From: Hormiphora californensis
Taxonomy: Eukaryota > Animalia > Ctenophora
Assembly (NCBI GenBank): GCA_020137815.1
Contig: CM035361.1
Span: 1,364,001 to 1,428,000 of the forward strand
Direction of reading: 5' to 3'
Length of the DNA stretch: 64,000 bases
Positions 12,116-39,117 of the stretch are shown here, piece by piece. Under the pieces are notes generated by a model. The model was not told the origin of the DNA. It worked only from the letters and a program-made list of their open reading frames with translations, and did no database searches. Every line of letters begins with the position of its first letter. The stretch's first letter is position 1. The position numbers were made by a program, and so were the translations under genes.

Positions 12116-13677
12116 CAGGGTGTCCCATATATTCTGTGGGTCGGTTGGCGAGCTGTCACGCAAAAACGGTGATAGTTGTGTGAAAACAAACTACGGGAGT
12201 GTGCTGGATTAATTCCTTCCTAACTGATGGCTTTGTTTTTAAATTAAATTTCAAAAGTTCATTTTTCATGAATGAACATTCCTGTCATTCATTCGTGAAT
12301 TCTGAAATATTGTTTACCTTGAGTAAAAAACTTTTCTTTGGCTCGAAATTATCTTTCCAATGAGCACCATGAAAATCAAATTGAAGCACCGGATCGCATG
12401 GCAGGTGAGAAAATGCAAATGCATGATTTTGGCCATTCCTGCGACTTTCAATCAGCTGTATCACCGCTACTTTCAGTTCAATCCTTTTAAAAGTTTGGGT
12501 GAACATTGGTGAAGATAAGATCTTTGCTCACAAGAAAAATCAAGGTCAAAACTCAAAGTTCATTTTTCATTTTTGGTAGTTCATTCCACTCATTCAGGAA
12601 CAAACATCCCTAAAGTGACGAAAAGGTTTGGGTTTTGTTTGGCCCATGTCCTGAAACGACAGAGAGGTGTAAAAACGTGTTTCCGGGCTAGTTAGTGGGT
12701 GTCCATGTGATCATTATGATATCTGACACCTTTGCTGAGCCATAATTAAGAGATTTTCTCAAATTCAAACATGGGATACGAGTATTCTGCGATTGGTATC
12801 GTGCACCAATAACAAGAGATCCCATAGCACCTCAAAAATTATGATTAGCTAAAAATGAGTTGATTTACGATTGAAAAGATTAAAACCAATGTAAATTCGG
12901 ACTAAACGAACATTTTCAAGCGTGAATCAACTCATTTCATTTAGCTAATCATAATTTTTGAGGTGCTATGGGATCTCTTGTTATTGGTGCACGATACCAA
13001 TCGCAGAATACTCGTATCCCATGTTTGAATTTGAGAAAATCTCTTAATTATGGCTCAGCAAAGGTGTCAGATATCATAATGATCACATGGACACCCACTA
13101 ACTAGCCCGGAAACACGTTTTTACACCTCTCTGTCGTTTCAGGACATGGGCCAAACAAAACCCAAACCTTTTCGTCACTTTAGGGATGTTTGTTCCTGAA
13201 TGAGTGGAATGAACTACCAAAAATGAAAAATGAACTTTGAGTTTTGACCTTGATTTTTCTTGTGAGCAAAGATCTTATCTTCACCAATGTTCACCCAAAC
13301 TTTTAAAAGGATTGAACTGAAAGTAGCGGTGATACAGCTGATTGAAAGTCGCAGGAATGGCCAAAATCATGCATTTGCATTTTCTCACCTGCCATGCGAT
13401 CCGGTGCTTCAATTTGATTTTCATGGTGCTCATTGGAAAGATAATTTCGAGCCAAAGAAAAGTTTTTTACTCAAGGTAAACAATATTTCAGAATTCACGA
13501 ATGAATGACAGGAATGTTCATTCATGAAAAATGAACTTTTGAAATTTAATTTAAAAACAAAGCCATCAGTTAGGAAGGAATTAATCCAGCACACTCCCGT
13601 AGTTTGTTTTCACACAACTATCACCGTTTTTGCGTGACAGCTCGCCAACCGACCCACAGAATATATGGGACACCCTG
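12116..13677. mobile_element. 1.56-kb foldback non-autonomous Tc1/mariner-type element
   Basis: TA-cagggtgtcccatatattc... / ...gaatatatgggacaccctg-TA. Arms of about 740 bp look identical (the same 73-aa ORF appears on both strands). Short central spacer near 12880-12915. Confidence 0.92.
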
Positions 13678-13932
13678 TATATAATAGCTCTAAAACAGTC
13701 GTTAAAAATCTCGTAACTTGAAAACACGTATGTCATAACACGTACCTACATTAATAAAACAACATCACTCAATTGATCGAACACAAACACACTCGTGAAC
13801 ATATTATGGCTAGCACAGAGGTTTGCAACTAAAAACTCTTAATACACTTTTTAACAAATACTATAGCATAATAACACGTGACAAAACACGTGAGACAAAG
13901 CAAGATATATCACTACATATATCTCTCTCTCT

Positions 13933-24020
<10,088 letters not shown>

Positions 24021-27000
24021 GGTGGGAATCTATAAGAGATATCTCTGGTGAAGATATCAAGAGTGATTTTGATGGTGAAGATATAAAAACGGTCAATATA
24101 TAGATAATTGGAGTCCGACAGAAAGGCACATGGTTATCTGCATGCTTGGGAAGAATGAAGAGTGATTAGAGAGAGAGGAATTGTAATCAGTTTCTTTCTC
24201 TCACTAGATAGGGCGACTTGAGGCAAACACACTTAGCTTAGGTATAGACATTGGAACTATAGGTTATCAACGAGTTTACACGACTAACATAATAAACGTG
24301 AACCAAAAATAAAAAATAAAAGCATCACATTGCACAAGTGGTTCTAGTAATATCAATAAAGGTATAGTGGTGTTAAAATGTTTAATGTTTAGTCCAGTAA
24401 TCGATCAAGCCATTACTAACCACACATACCACAAATATAAACACTCGGCTCTTATAATACCATTTGGTGTTTAAATCCGGGCACCACATGAGCTGAAATT
24501 ACTAGCTCGCTGTTCGGTACTAAAATAGGGAATTTAATTCTGTACAACAGCGACAGTTAACTCCCCCCCCCCCCCCCCCCCCCGCCCCCCCACCCTCGAG
24601 TCATGAGTCTGCTAGCTGGAATTCATATCTTGCCGGGGGATCCTGGGCCGCTGAGTGCTAAACACACAGCTTACAATTAAAAACTTGCAAATTAACGTGA
24701 AAGTGTCCACCCTTCCCCTAATTACGGAGGAATTGTGTCGAATTGACATATTACCATGACAATACAACTGCAGGGAAACGTGATAGTCACGTGACTTTAG
24801 GCAGGGACAAAAACTCTCCGAGCTAAGAGATGAATTAAGAGCTAAGAGTTGAGATGGTGATTTAGTAATTAACTGGTGCTTGATGGGTAGAGGGTATTGT
24901 GCTAATGTGCTGAAGACAAAACGTGTTTCCCAACAAACTGGCATGCAGCTCCCATTAAATAAAAGCGTACTGAGTAAACTGAGAAACTATACCCCCTGAA
25001 CGCAAACCCAAGCCGGGAGATATGACAACCACTGAAAAAGGAGCCAACTAGGATCCTGGAGGCTGATTGGCTTAAAGAAGGAGGGAGCTAGCGCCATGGA
25101 GTCTGAAAGTTATTAATATAAAGGTCATGGAGTAGTCTTATCTTTGATCTATAGCTAATCTAGACTTGGTAGTATGACATACCACCGCCGGAGCGAAAGG
25201 AAATATGTTTTTTTTTAATGAACCATACAACAGATCATATGGCAATGTGCATAAATCACGGCCAGTTCCAACAGTCTCCTAAATCCCAGACTAAACCGGG
25301 GCTTCCAGTTACTAGATCTAGACTGATGTTTTTTGTTGTTGGCCCAAAAGTGTCAAAAACACCAAGCTTTTTCCAGGAACGCATCTGTTATTATACGAAG
25401 TGTTCCTTTGAATTGAATACTAATCATTTTACATTGGCAAGAAGCTCATGAATATAATTCAAGAGCTGAATTTCTAATTCTCTCTCTCTCTCTCTTTTCT
25501 TCGCCCCAGCTGAAAGCTTGGTGCTGGTTTGCGGACAAAACAAAGCCCGCCATTTCGGATCTCTCACATATGTTTATACCCCATCCCTGAGCTGCATGGC
25601 TGTCCCTAGTACTAGCTGCTGTTTTTGAACACAAAACAAGCATATATGGAGGGATAATGACTCGACAGCGTTCCCCCTCTCTCTCCCCCTCTCTCTAATG
25701 ACCCGGCCGGTCCAATTAAGGGGTAGCTCTCGCATGAACGATCAAGCGACATGAGCCTTTGTTTACCGCAACAAAGATTCGCCTATATTCCTTACTGTTC
25801 ATATAACAGGTGAGGAGGGCAATTGCCCCTGAATGGACGCACCACTAATGGTAGTCAACAAGGCGTCAAAGATGTAGGGCCGGCAGTTACCTAGGTTACG
25901 AAATGCAAGCCTCACTTAGCCGCAAAATGACCCCTCACTTGATATCTCTGAAGGGTAGTTACCAACCGCCATGATGCAGGGGGGTAGAGGAATATGGCAA
26001 GGACTGGCTCCTTAGACGCGAGTGCCTTCTTTTAGGCCCTTTCAGTGCGATACCTGACCACTCTCTTTCATATGAGAAAGGGCCAGCGCGATGCCTGATA
26101 TGGGCTAGGAGAATGAAGAAGACATTTGAACACATCATGAGAGCTGTCAACATTTCAACACAAAAGAAGAAAATGAAGTGTTCATATGAATAAGATCCGG
26201 GCTGCCAAATTTCATCTAAATTCATTGATTTTCATCTTCATATGAAGGCAGCTCTTCTACTGCAGCAGCAGACTGCATTCTAGAAACCATCAAGGATAGG
26301 ACGTCTTATCTTCAGATCAGATCTTTATACAAGTGTGCTAACGAGACCCAAAAGTTTAACCAAGCTCAAGACCTACTAAAATTTTGATGATACAGCAGCC
26401 ATAAACTTAACCTAGTCACGTGATCGATATGCAATGTCGTTTGCGTTTTGGGCCAAGCCATTCAACTAACGATTTATCATTTCAATAGACTATCTGATTA
26501 CTCATTCGTAGACTCTTGGACTGCGACCACGAGCTCGATATTCCAACTCGAGTGGTGACATGGTATTCAACCAATATTTGCACCCTCTCCCTCTCTCTAT
26601 CTCCCTTTCTTCTCTCTATATCCCGTATATTCTGTGCGTCAGCAATTCCCCCCGAAGAGAACTGGGAACTCAACCACAGACCGTCATTCGGGAGCCAAGA
26701 GCCATTAATCTCTCTCGTATCTCTCTCTTACATTGAATAACCCATAGCCGGTGCGCTTTTTGAATAGGGATTAAATAGTTAAGAATGTGGCCAATAAAAT
26801 TCCATTAAAATGGATGGTCATCGTATGGGGCAGCTATAACGCGACATGAAGTACTGCTCTCCCAGCTCTCCCAACTGAGTTGTAATTCCCTCACAGCTAT
26901 CATATCAATTGACCTATACAGATGTGAGCTATTTGCCAAAAAAGTTACCATTTGCATTCTTTGGACAGTTATATAAACCTGCTACTATGATGACAGCAAG

Positions 27001-27581
27001 AGAATGAACTATCTCCGTCTATGACCTCGACACAAGCATGAGATACATACAGTGATCAGCTATAGAACTCAAGATCTATAGCTGATCATCGATAGAGATC
27101 AACACAGTCTAACAAATAACAACTAACAACTAACAATATAACCTAACAATGATCCATCTCGATATATGTTGTGCAACAAACAAGCTATTATAGATCGAGA
27201 GAGAACACTACTTTCCCAGGATCAGTTGTGGACCAATAAACCAATTTATACCGATTATTGGGAATCTTCCCATACAAAACTTAATCCCCCCTTCAATTTC
27301 CCACCCCCTACTAATAAATTTACTTGCCTCCTCCTCCTCTAGTTCCCACACAATAGACCATCTAGTAGTGCAGCTTTACTAATAAACGAGTCGTCTAGAT
27401 AATAATGCACTTGTTTCCCAAGCAAATACAAGGGGGAGCTTTTTCCCAGAGGTCACTCATAACTTGAGTTGGGATTACCGGAATTAACGGTATAGTTTTC
27501 CCATGATCCTTGCAAATATATATAAGCAGCTGAGCTGTATATTTTAATTATATATAAGCTACTATCGCCCTACTAGAGAGA

Positions 27582-27694
<113 letters not shown>

Positions 27695-29819
27695 ATGGAT
27701 CCCCCTGACATGTGGTCTCTATCTATAATTCGCTAATCGACCTGGGATAGACCCCCTCACTGACCTCCACTCAATGAACAACCATCACTATAATTGGAGC
27801 TCATCTCATTGTTAGTGCAAATCAGCTGACACGGATTACGGAGAGAGAGGGAGAGAGAGATAGAGAGGGTGAGAGGGAGAGAGAACTGTGGTGACACTTT
27901 AGTCACTACACCTCGGTAAAGACTCTATAATTAGTAATTTACCACTACTAGAGTGCTATAATAATCATATAGTCTTGACCACTGGCCGATATAATAAATT
28001 CATAAGTAGTGATTGTAAAATTATATTCTGTGCTACTGGTGGTAATATTACCACGACAGAGACTGATTAACGCAGGAATATAATTGGAGAACTAGTACTT
28101 GTGGGAGTTGGCGAGAAAGAGGAAGGGAGGGGACATAGGGATTCTGTAAAAGATTGCACCGCACCACGAGGGATCATGTGGTTACATATGTGTGGTAAAT
28201 TCATTCGTGCCGGGGCTACAGTCATACAGGCTGATGATCACAGCTGATCAGAGATAGAAATGGACTACCATTAGCTTATGCTATAATTACTTGACAACCA
28301 CTATATAACTTTTAATCGAGTAGTAGGCGTTCATTTAGAAAAAGTTAACTAGTTGACGGAAAAAATTAGTTAAGATAAAGATAATTGTTTGAAAGAAAGG
28401 GAAAAAGTATTATTTAGAACTGTGTTTAACTATAGTAGTCGCAAGTAAAAGGTAATAGTGATGGCCATTGAGAAAAGAGAGAGAAGAAAAAGATAGCGTG
28501 ACAGAGGGGATAACTTGTAAAAAAGAGAGGTAAAAGAGAGAAATGGTCAGGGTTGAGATTAACAGAACAAATTTATATTCCACGTGCCCGCCGCGGAGTA
28601 GCGGTTTAGAGGCAGAGAGAAAAAGAGAGAGGGGGGAGAGAGATAGAGATAGAGAGAGAGAGCCGCGTCGCTGAAGGTGGTTCAACACACGCACATAACT
28701 TATCTTAATGGCTCACCCCTACTCGAGAACATAATTAGTTACTTTTTTACCTACTACTACTACTACCCAGGGCGGAGCATGTGCCCAAGAACGTGCTCAA
28801 GTAGTAGTACTGAGTAGCATAGCTTTATAACTAATTTATATTAACCCTCGAGTTATAACTAATATATAATTGAAGCTACTTGAGTAGCTATAAAATATTA
28901 ACGAATGAAAATGGAAAGGATAAAACTTGGAATAAAACCATTTTAAAGAAGATCATGACATGATGCAGCAAAATTGCTCAAATATAGAACCACAACATTT
29001 TGCAACAAACAAAAGTGCTGTTGCCCCACTCTGGAACACTATACCCAAACAAAGCATGGTCTTGGACATCTGCAGCTGCAATTGATCTTTTTTTTCAGAG
29101 CTTGTTGCATGGGGGGCTGCTCTGCTGTCTTATGTATGTTTGGGGGGGTGGCAAAACAGTTATACCCAACAACTGATGAGGGAAACAATGGGAAAAATGT
29201 TGCATCAATTTTTCTGAGATGAGATATAAAGGGGGAGAGAGAGAGAGAGGAGGAAAGAGAGGAGAGAGAGAGAGAGAGGAAAGAGGGGAGAGAAGAGCCG
29301 AGAGGACGGGAGAGGGGAGAGAGGAGAGAGAAGAGAGGAGAGGGAGGGAGAGAGAGAGAGAGAGAGAGAGAAGAGGGGGGAGGAGAGGGAGAGAGAAGTG
29401 GGAAGAATGAAAGAGCAGACACAAAGATGAGTGGTCATTGTTGTCGATGGGGGAAGCTACCTGCAAGGAACAGTTTGACTACGTCATCGTTTAGTGTATG
29501 ATATGGTTTACCAATACATGAATCCGAATCAGCGACACAATTGGACTTCTCATGTGTTTCCATCAACTGAAGGGGATACAGGTGCATACAATAACGTGGA
29601 ACGTAATGTTTGGGAGAATTGAGAATATTGGAGTCCGGCCCCCATCGGCCTGTTCTCAGGTTGCATTTAGCAGTGCAAGAGAGTGGGAAACGAGGGGAGG
29701 AATGAAGAGGGGGAATGGATGGGGATGAGATAGGGGGAAAGAGATGGAGAATGAGATATGAAAGAGTCTGGGACGTCGCCCCATGTCGCGCGCCAGGGCT
29801 GCCTGCTCGCAGGAAGAAT

Positions 29820-30300
29820 GAGTTGGGAAAGAGGGGAGAATGAGAGGGGGAATTAGAGGGGGAATGAGAGGGGGATAATGAGCGGGGGAGTGAAAGATTG
29901 GGATATAGTGGGAATGAGAGGGGGAATGAGAGATGGGAATGAGTTTGGGAGAGAAGAGGGAATGAGAGGGGGGGATGAGAGGGGGAATGAGAGGGGGATA
30001 ATGAGCGGGGGAGTGAAAGATTGGGATATAGTGGGAATGAGAGGGGGAATGAGAGGGGGAATGAGAGATGGGAATGAGTTTGGGAGAGAAGAGGGAATGA
30101 GAGGGGGGAATTAGAGGGGGAATGAGAGGGGGATAATGAGCGGGGGAGTGAAAGATTGGGATATAGTGGGAATGAGAGGGGGAATGAGAGGGGGAATGAG
30201 AGATGGGAATGAGTTTGGGAGAGAAGAGGGAATGAGAGGGGAGAATGAGAGGGGGGACTGAGATTGGGAGAGAGGGGAATGAGAGGGGAATGAGAGAGAA
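29820..30300. repeat. GA-rich hierarchical minisatellite
   Basis: 12-bp gagggggaatga subunits inside ~105-120 bp higher-order units. Confidence 0.9.
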
Positions 30301-31039
30301 GGAGAGAGAGACTATAAGAGAGATATATGTACTTACTTTTGATACTTTTGCTATGATTTTGCTAGTTAAACATAATACAGGCAATTCTATCCGGTATAAT
30401 ATTTCATTTTGGCCCCCTAGTACATATCTTGAGAAGTACTGTCTAATTATACTCTTTCATATATCCTCTCATATTTCTGGGATATGCACATAAGGAATTC
30501 TCTCTCTCCCTCTTATCTCGTTCCTTTAAAATGATTTTTTCAATTTTAAACAATTTCAATATCTCAAGTTCATCATGTCAGCATGTATGTCAAAGACAGT
30601 CGTAGCCATTTTGGCATTTTTGGGTCATTTTGGGGTCGTTTTGGGAACGCATTTCCACAATAGTAAAATTTAGTTTCAATTTAGGCAGCCTTTGGGTTGG
30701 CTAAATTCTCAGCCTGTTTAGTCTAAATTTTAGTGTTATGTTAGTGGGGCTTATATGGGTTCAGTGTGAAATGGGGCGTGAAATCACGTGACTTGTACCA
30801 CGTGGAGGGGGTTTTAGTATGGAACTAATCCCTCTCTAAAACCCTACTCAAAGCACAAAAAGCAAACACTAATTCTGTAGTTCGTGGACGAAATCGATAG
30901 AGCTCTCCAATTTTCACACTCAAAAGGCCTAATTAGTCGAGATCTAAAAGTTTAGTACGGTTCGTGGAGGACACCCTGGATATCCGAACTTTATCAAATT
31001 TGAAAGCAAAGGGTACAAACTAGAAAATGAATAATAATC

Positions 31040-33464
<2,425 letters not shown>

Positions 33465-33617
33465 GGTGCTGCTGTGAGTCAAACACAATAATTGCAGTAC
33501 TACTGGCCAGAGCTGTTGAAGTAGAGATTGAGAAATCTGCAATTCACAAAGGATTGCTATTTCCCTAATTGACCCAGTAATATAGGATGGTTAGTGGCGC
33601 CGTAAAAATTTACCGAG

Positions 33618-36600
33618 TTAATCTACACAGACACTCTGGTCTCCTAGTTCTGGAATTCAAATACCTCTGTCCGGTTGAAACGGCTTACGGCAACCCCAGC
33701 TTCCTCAAACATCGTCAATATAGGAAGGTCGAAGGAGAGGGGCGGGAGGTCTAGTCAACTTAGCGGGCTGCTTGGAGGCGACAGTGGTAGTTGACTCAAC
33801 TACCACTGTCGCCTCCAAGCGGCCCGCCCCAGTCGGGGATTGTGGGAAGGTTTCTTAGAGATTAGGTGGGTTAAAATGGGAGAGTTTCTTAAAAATTAGG
33901 TGGGTTAAAATGGGAGAGTTTCTTAGAGATTAGGTGAGTCAAAGTGGGAAGGTTTCTTAGAGATTAGGAGCCAGGAGGGTCAAAGTGGGAAAGTTTCTTA
34001 GAGATTAGGTGAGTCAAAGTGGGAAGGTTTCTTAGAGATTAGGAGCCAGGAGGGTCAAAGTGGGAAAGTTTCTTAGAGATAAGGTTGGTCAAAGTGGGAA
34101 AGTTTCTTAGAGATTAGGTGAGTCAAAGTGGGAAGGTTTCTTAGAGATTAGGAGGGTCAAAGTGGGAAGTTTCTTGGAGATTAGGAGGGTCAAAGTGAGA
34201 AAGTTTCTTAGAGATTAGGTGAGTCAAAGTGGGAAACTTTCTTAGAGATTAAGTTAGGGTAGAAAGGGGTAAAATGGCACACTTTCTAACGTTTTAGGTT
34301 CTAAAATACTCAATTTATACAGCAAGAAGAAAAACAATTATATAGGCTATCCAATGAAACGTTTTCCTTTCAGACGAGAAAAATTTTAAAATCTGAAAGT
34401 TTTATTTAATAGCTTAATTAATCAATTCAAAAATTTTGGTAGGGCTTTTTTTGGAAATCTTGCACTGGGGTAAAATGGTCCAGCCAATAGCATTGCTCGA
34501 TTTTTATCACGTGCCTGGTGTTGTTAGAGCACTGGGGTAAAATGGTCCATGTTATCTTCAGTAATTTCTGTTCTGCTGGACCATTTTACCCCAGTGTGCT
34601 GGACCATTTTACCCCAGTTGGTATCACGTGGTATTGGAGGCTCGATTTCATTGGTCCCAGGGTGAACCATTTTACCCCAGCGAGGGTGAACCATTTTACC
34701 CCAGTTTGACTAATTTGACAATTTAATCAACTTAATAGTGGGTTTTTTGAAAAATTTTTATACCAAGTTTTAGAAGGATAAAAAGCCTAACTGGCAGTTT
34801 TTGCAAAATTAAAATCGGCCAACTCAAACAGAAATTACAGCAGTTTTAAAGCAAAAATTCGGAACAGAACGAGCAGGTCTCCGCTGGAGAAAAAGTCACG
34901 TGACTACATGTAATAACTAGGACCATTTTACCCCATACATGTGCCATTTTACCCCGTGTGCCATTTTACCCCTTTCTACCCTAGTCAAAGTGGGAAAGTT
35001 TCTTAGAGATTAGGTGAGTCAAAGTGGGAAGGTTTCTTAGAGATTAGATGGGTAAAAATGGGAAAGTTTCTTAGAGATTAGGAGGGTTAAGGTGGGAAAG
35101 TTTCTTAGAGATAAGGTGGGTCAAAGTGGGAATGTTTCTTAGAGATTTGGGGGTCAAAGTGGGAAAGTTTCTTAGAGATAAGGAGGGTTAAGGTGGGAAA
35201 GTTTCTTAGAGATTAGGTGGGTCAAAATGGAAAAGTTTCTTAGAGATTAGGTGGGTCAAAGTGGGAAATTTTCTTAGAGATTAAGGGGGTTAAAGTGGAA
35301 AAGTTTCTTAGAATTAAAGAGGGTTAAGGTGGGAAAGTTTCTTAGAGATTAGGTGGGTCAAAGTGGGAAAGTTTCTTAGAGATTTGGGGGGTCAAAGTGG
35401 GAAATTTTCTTAGAGTTAAGGAGGGTCAAAGTGGGAAATTTTCTTAGAGATAAGGAGGGTTAAGGTGGGAAAGTTTCTTAGAGATTAGGTGGGTCAAAGT
35501 GAAAAAGTTTCTTAGAGATTAGGTGGGTCAAAATGGGAAAGTTTCTTAGAGATTTGGGGGGTCAAAGTGGGAAATTTTCTTATAGATTAAGGGGGTTAAA
35601 GTGGAAAAGTTTCTGAGAGATTAGGTGGGTCAAAGTGGGAAGGTTTCATTAGAGATTAGGTGGGTCAAAATGGGAAGCTGAAGGTTTTTTAGAGATTAAA
35701 TGGGTCAAAGTGAGAAAGTTTCTGAGATATTAGGTGGGTCAAAGTGGGAAAGTTTCTTAGAGATTAGGTGGGTTAAAGTGGAAAAGTTTCTTAGAGATTA
35801 AGGGGGTTAAAGTGGAAAAGTTTCTTAGAGATTAAGTGGGTCAAAGTGGGGAAAAGTTTCTTAGAGATTAGGTGAGTTAAAATGGGAAAGTTTCTTAGAG
35901 GTTAGGTGGGTCAAAGTGGGAAGGTTTTTTAGAGATTAGGTGGGTGAAAGTGGGAAGGTTTCTTAGAGATTAGATTGGTCAAAGTGAGAAAGTTTCTGAG
36001 AGATTAGGTGGGTCAAAGTGGGAAAGTTTCTTAGAGAGATTAGGTGGGTCAAAGTGGGAAAGTTCTTTTAGATAAGATGGGTCAAAGTGAGAAGGTTTCT
36101 TAGAGATTAGGTGGCTGATCAAAGTGGGAAGGTTTCTTAGAGATTAGGTGGCTCACAGTGGGAAAGTTTCTTATAGAGATTAGGTGGGTTAAAATGGGGA
36201 AGTTTCTTAGAGATTAGGTGGGTCAAAGTGGGAAGGTTTCATTAGAGATTAGGTGGGTCAAAATGGGAAGGTTTCTTAGAAATTAAATGGGTCAAAGTGA
36301 GAAAGTTTCTGAGATATTAGGTGGGTCAAAGTGAGAAAGTTTCTTAGAGATTAGGTGGGTTAAAGTGGGAAAGTTTCTTAGAGATTAAGGGGCTTAAAGT
36401 GGAAAAGTTTCTTAGAGATTAAGTGGGTCAAAGTGGGAAAAGTTTCTTAGAGATTAGGTGAGTTGAAATGGGAAAGTTTCTTAGAGGTTAGGTGGGTCAA
36501 AGTGGGAAGGTTTCTTAGAGATTAGGTGGGTGAAAGTGGGAAGGTTTCTTAGAGATTAGATTGGTCAAAGTGAGAAAGTTTCTGAGAGATTAGGTGGGTC

Positions 36601-37611
36601 AAAGTGGGAAAGTTTCTTGGTGACATTCACACCTAGTGCGTGCGAGATCGAGCACATGTGTGTGAGCTCAATCTTGGTCGCGCACGGTGTCTATGTCACC
36701 AAGTCGTACTCATGTGTTTGTTAAGATATATCTGAGTTAAGTTTATTAGAATGTACTTTTGTGTGTTAAGTTATATCTGAGTTAAGTTAATTAGGATGTT
36801 GGAAACATCGACATTTAACAAACTGACAACAGCACAAGTATCCGCACATGTCATATTATACTTGGGGTGCATTATTTGATAATCCCGGACATGCACTGTC
36901 TGGCGGCAGACCTCGTTTGGACAGTGCACTCAGATAGTACATGTACTTACCACAGTTACTGAGGCAGTAGTAACTAGATGCAGTGTCTGAGGTAGAAACC
37001 ATGACGTAATGGATATCCGTACTCCACACGGCAGAACATCCCGTGGTACCCTGATCAGCAGCATCAAACATATAGTTCAACACAACCACCCCGTTACTCC
37101 AAATAGTGAGAGTGGTGTCTGATTTAGTAAAGAACCAGGTTCCATAGTGACCGTTGTCAAGCAGAGTTGGTTGAGTTGGCAGCTCTTCATAGCTGTCCAT
37201 GCACGCCGCTATCAGGTATGCGACGGGTGAGTGGAAGAGGACTTCAACGTAGTCCAGATATGTGCTGTCTGCATCATAGGTGAGGAGGACTAACCGGCCC
37301 CCACTGTCCTCTCCAGTGGAGTTGGTTTTAATGTAGATACCCGCTGTGGTGTCCTGGTCCAAGGGAATGTATTCGCCACGCTGTACCGACTGCCAATCTA
37401 GGAGCATGCTCGAGCATTTAAAATTTAAAAAGATGATTTAAATATTAATAATTGACTTATTACTAACTAAGCAGCCTGCAGCAGTAGTAAGCTTCAATTT
37501 TGATATTGCCGAAAACCTATCGAGTTGTATACTAATACCTTTTGGGATCAGATCAGTTCGAGCGCTGAGCAGTGGGAGAAAGTATAAAAACAATCCCAAG
37601 AGCATAATCAT
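33618..37611 (-). CDS. Secreted protein with one beta-rich domain of a type I associate with ctenophore gene expansions
   Basis: Signal exon 37611-37539 (MIMLLGLFLYFLPLLSA), phase 1. Domain exon 37397-36951 (WQSVQRGEYIPLD..IYIKTNS..WFFTKSDTTLTIWSNGVVV..DTASSYYC) ends at a gtaagt donor. Terminal exon 33649-33618 is tentative. Confidence 0.7.
33763..33827. repeat. 65-bp near-perfect palindrome
   Basis: gcttggaggcgacagtggtagttga-c-tcaactaccactgtcgcctccaagc: 25-bp perfect arms, extendable by gcgggct/ggcccgc. Confidence 0.9.
33841..36620. repeat. ~33-bp satellite array interrupted by a MITE
   Basis: (tcaaagtgggaaagtttcttagagattaggtggg)n with variants. Confidence 0.95.
34257..34981. mobile_element. 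725-bp pogo/Tc1-like MITE inserted in the satellite
   Basis: 26-bp TIR gggtagaaaggggtaaaatggcacac / gtgtgccattttacccctttctaccc, TA flanks, internal ccattttacccc repeats. Confidence 0.88.
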
Positions 37612-38314
37612 GTCTTGTTGAGAACCCTTTACTTTCCTTGTACTCAACAATTCATTTCATGAGTATAGAACAACGGAGATTTGAGCGTTCACAACAGTGT
37701 AGAAACTATTACGGAATTGTGAACTGTGGAGTACACGTGAGATAGACATAGAGAGACATGTAACTTCACATGCAGTGGCCATCCACGTGTTGAAATTTCC
37801 CATCATGCTCGAGCTAGGGCAATCTTTTGTGAGACAAGAAGTACAATGGTCAGACTCGCCAGCTGTTACCCAGTACAGTGTTGCCATGCTACGCAGTCTG
37901 TCCATTCGTCGATTTAAGCGCCTTGGCGAACTAACGATTCGCATTATAAGCTCACACCGGGCCGAAGACTGTGAGCCGACAAACTGGGAACATGCCAAGA
38001 TTGATAGTGATACCATGCATGGAATCGAATTCTCAGGAACCAATTAATCCATGATCCCTCGAAATCGGAGAAGCGTAGAAGCTTCTGCTCTGTTTCATTT
38101 ACACTGTAGAAAGACTGTACCAGTGGTACATGCACTCCTAGTGCGGCACGTGGGGTGCAGAGAGGCTGAGCGGCAGAAGAAAGATAATGAGCTTGACAGA
38201 GCAATAATGTGCTGCAGTTGGACTCTGTGCTGCAGTTGATCTCTCTCTATCTCTCTTCGCTCGATTATCATGTCGCTATCTCACTATCTACATGCTCAGC
38301 TATCTATCTCTCTA

Positions 38315-38378
<64 letters not shown>

Positions 38379-39117
38379 TCTTTTTCACTAATGGTCTCTA
38401 TATCAACCCTTGCCTTCTTTGTGGTGCTGAACGCTAGTAGGATGGGTGGCCGCGGTAGTAATGGAACTGGTAGCTATAGGCTATTGTAGTCGATATTATA
38501 CACGGGGGGACCCATTATAATTACACACACGCGCCCATTATTATAATAGATCGCTCTCAAATGCAGTACACGCCTTCTTACAAATATATTCATTTTGTCT
38601 CTCGTAATGATCCGTTGCCTTGCTGAACTTAGGACAATCACATGTGCTCTCATACACCATGTGTACAGCACGCACAGACAATCGCTCATGAAACACAGCA
38701 TTTTGCAGTACAATTAATCAGCGCTGTATGCTTCCTATCTCATTTCATACATTGCATTGAACATGTTGTGCCTTTGAAATTTACATGTATATTTTAAAGG
38801 GGCTTTGAGATGTTTTTTAATGGATTATTGGTACATTGTGGATTGGGATGTGGCGGATGGGATTGAAATTAGGTTTAGTAGGTCTAATCCTGATATTGAG
38901 ATGTATTTGAAACAGCAAAGACCAAGAGATTCATCTTGTCTTGCGTTTACAAAATTATACCTCTAATATCAAAGGATGAGACCTACTAAACCTAATTTAT
39001 TGGTACATTGCTTATAGTGGGCCAATCCAATAGGGTTCCCTTTTTAGAAAACTAAAACAATTCGGTTTTTGAAGAGAACGTAGGTATATAATTTGCTGGT
39101 GCAGTTAAAGACTGATC

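Noticed and set aside
12285-13508. Two identical 73-aa ORFs on opposite strands
   Set aside because: A consequence of the palindrome, with no transposase motifs.
29039-30384. SL-rich, ER-rich and PPLI-rich ORFs
   Set aside because: Translations of GA microsatellite and minisatellite sequence.
33841-36620. 33-bp array as a CRISPR
   Set aside because: Head-to-tail satellite without spacers, in a eukaryotic context with no cas genes.
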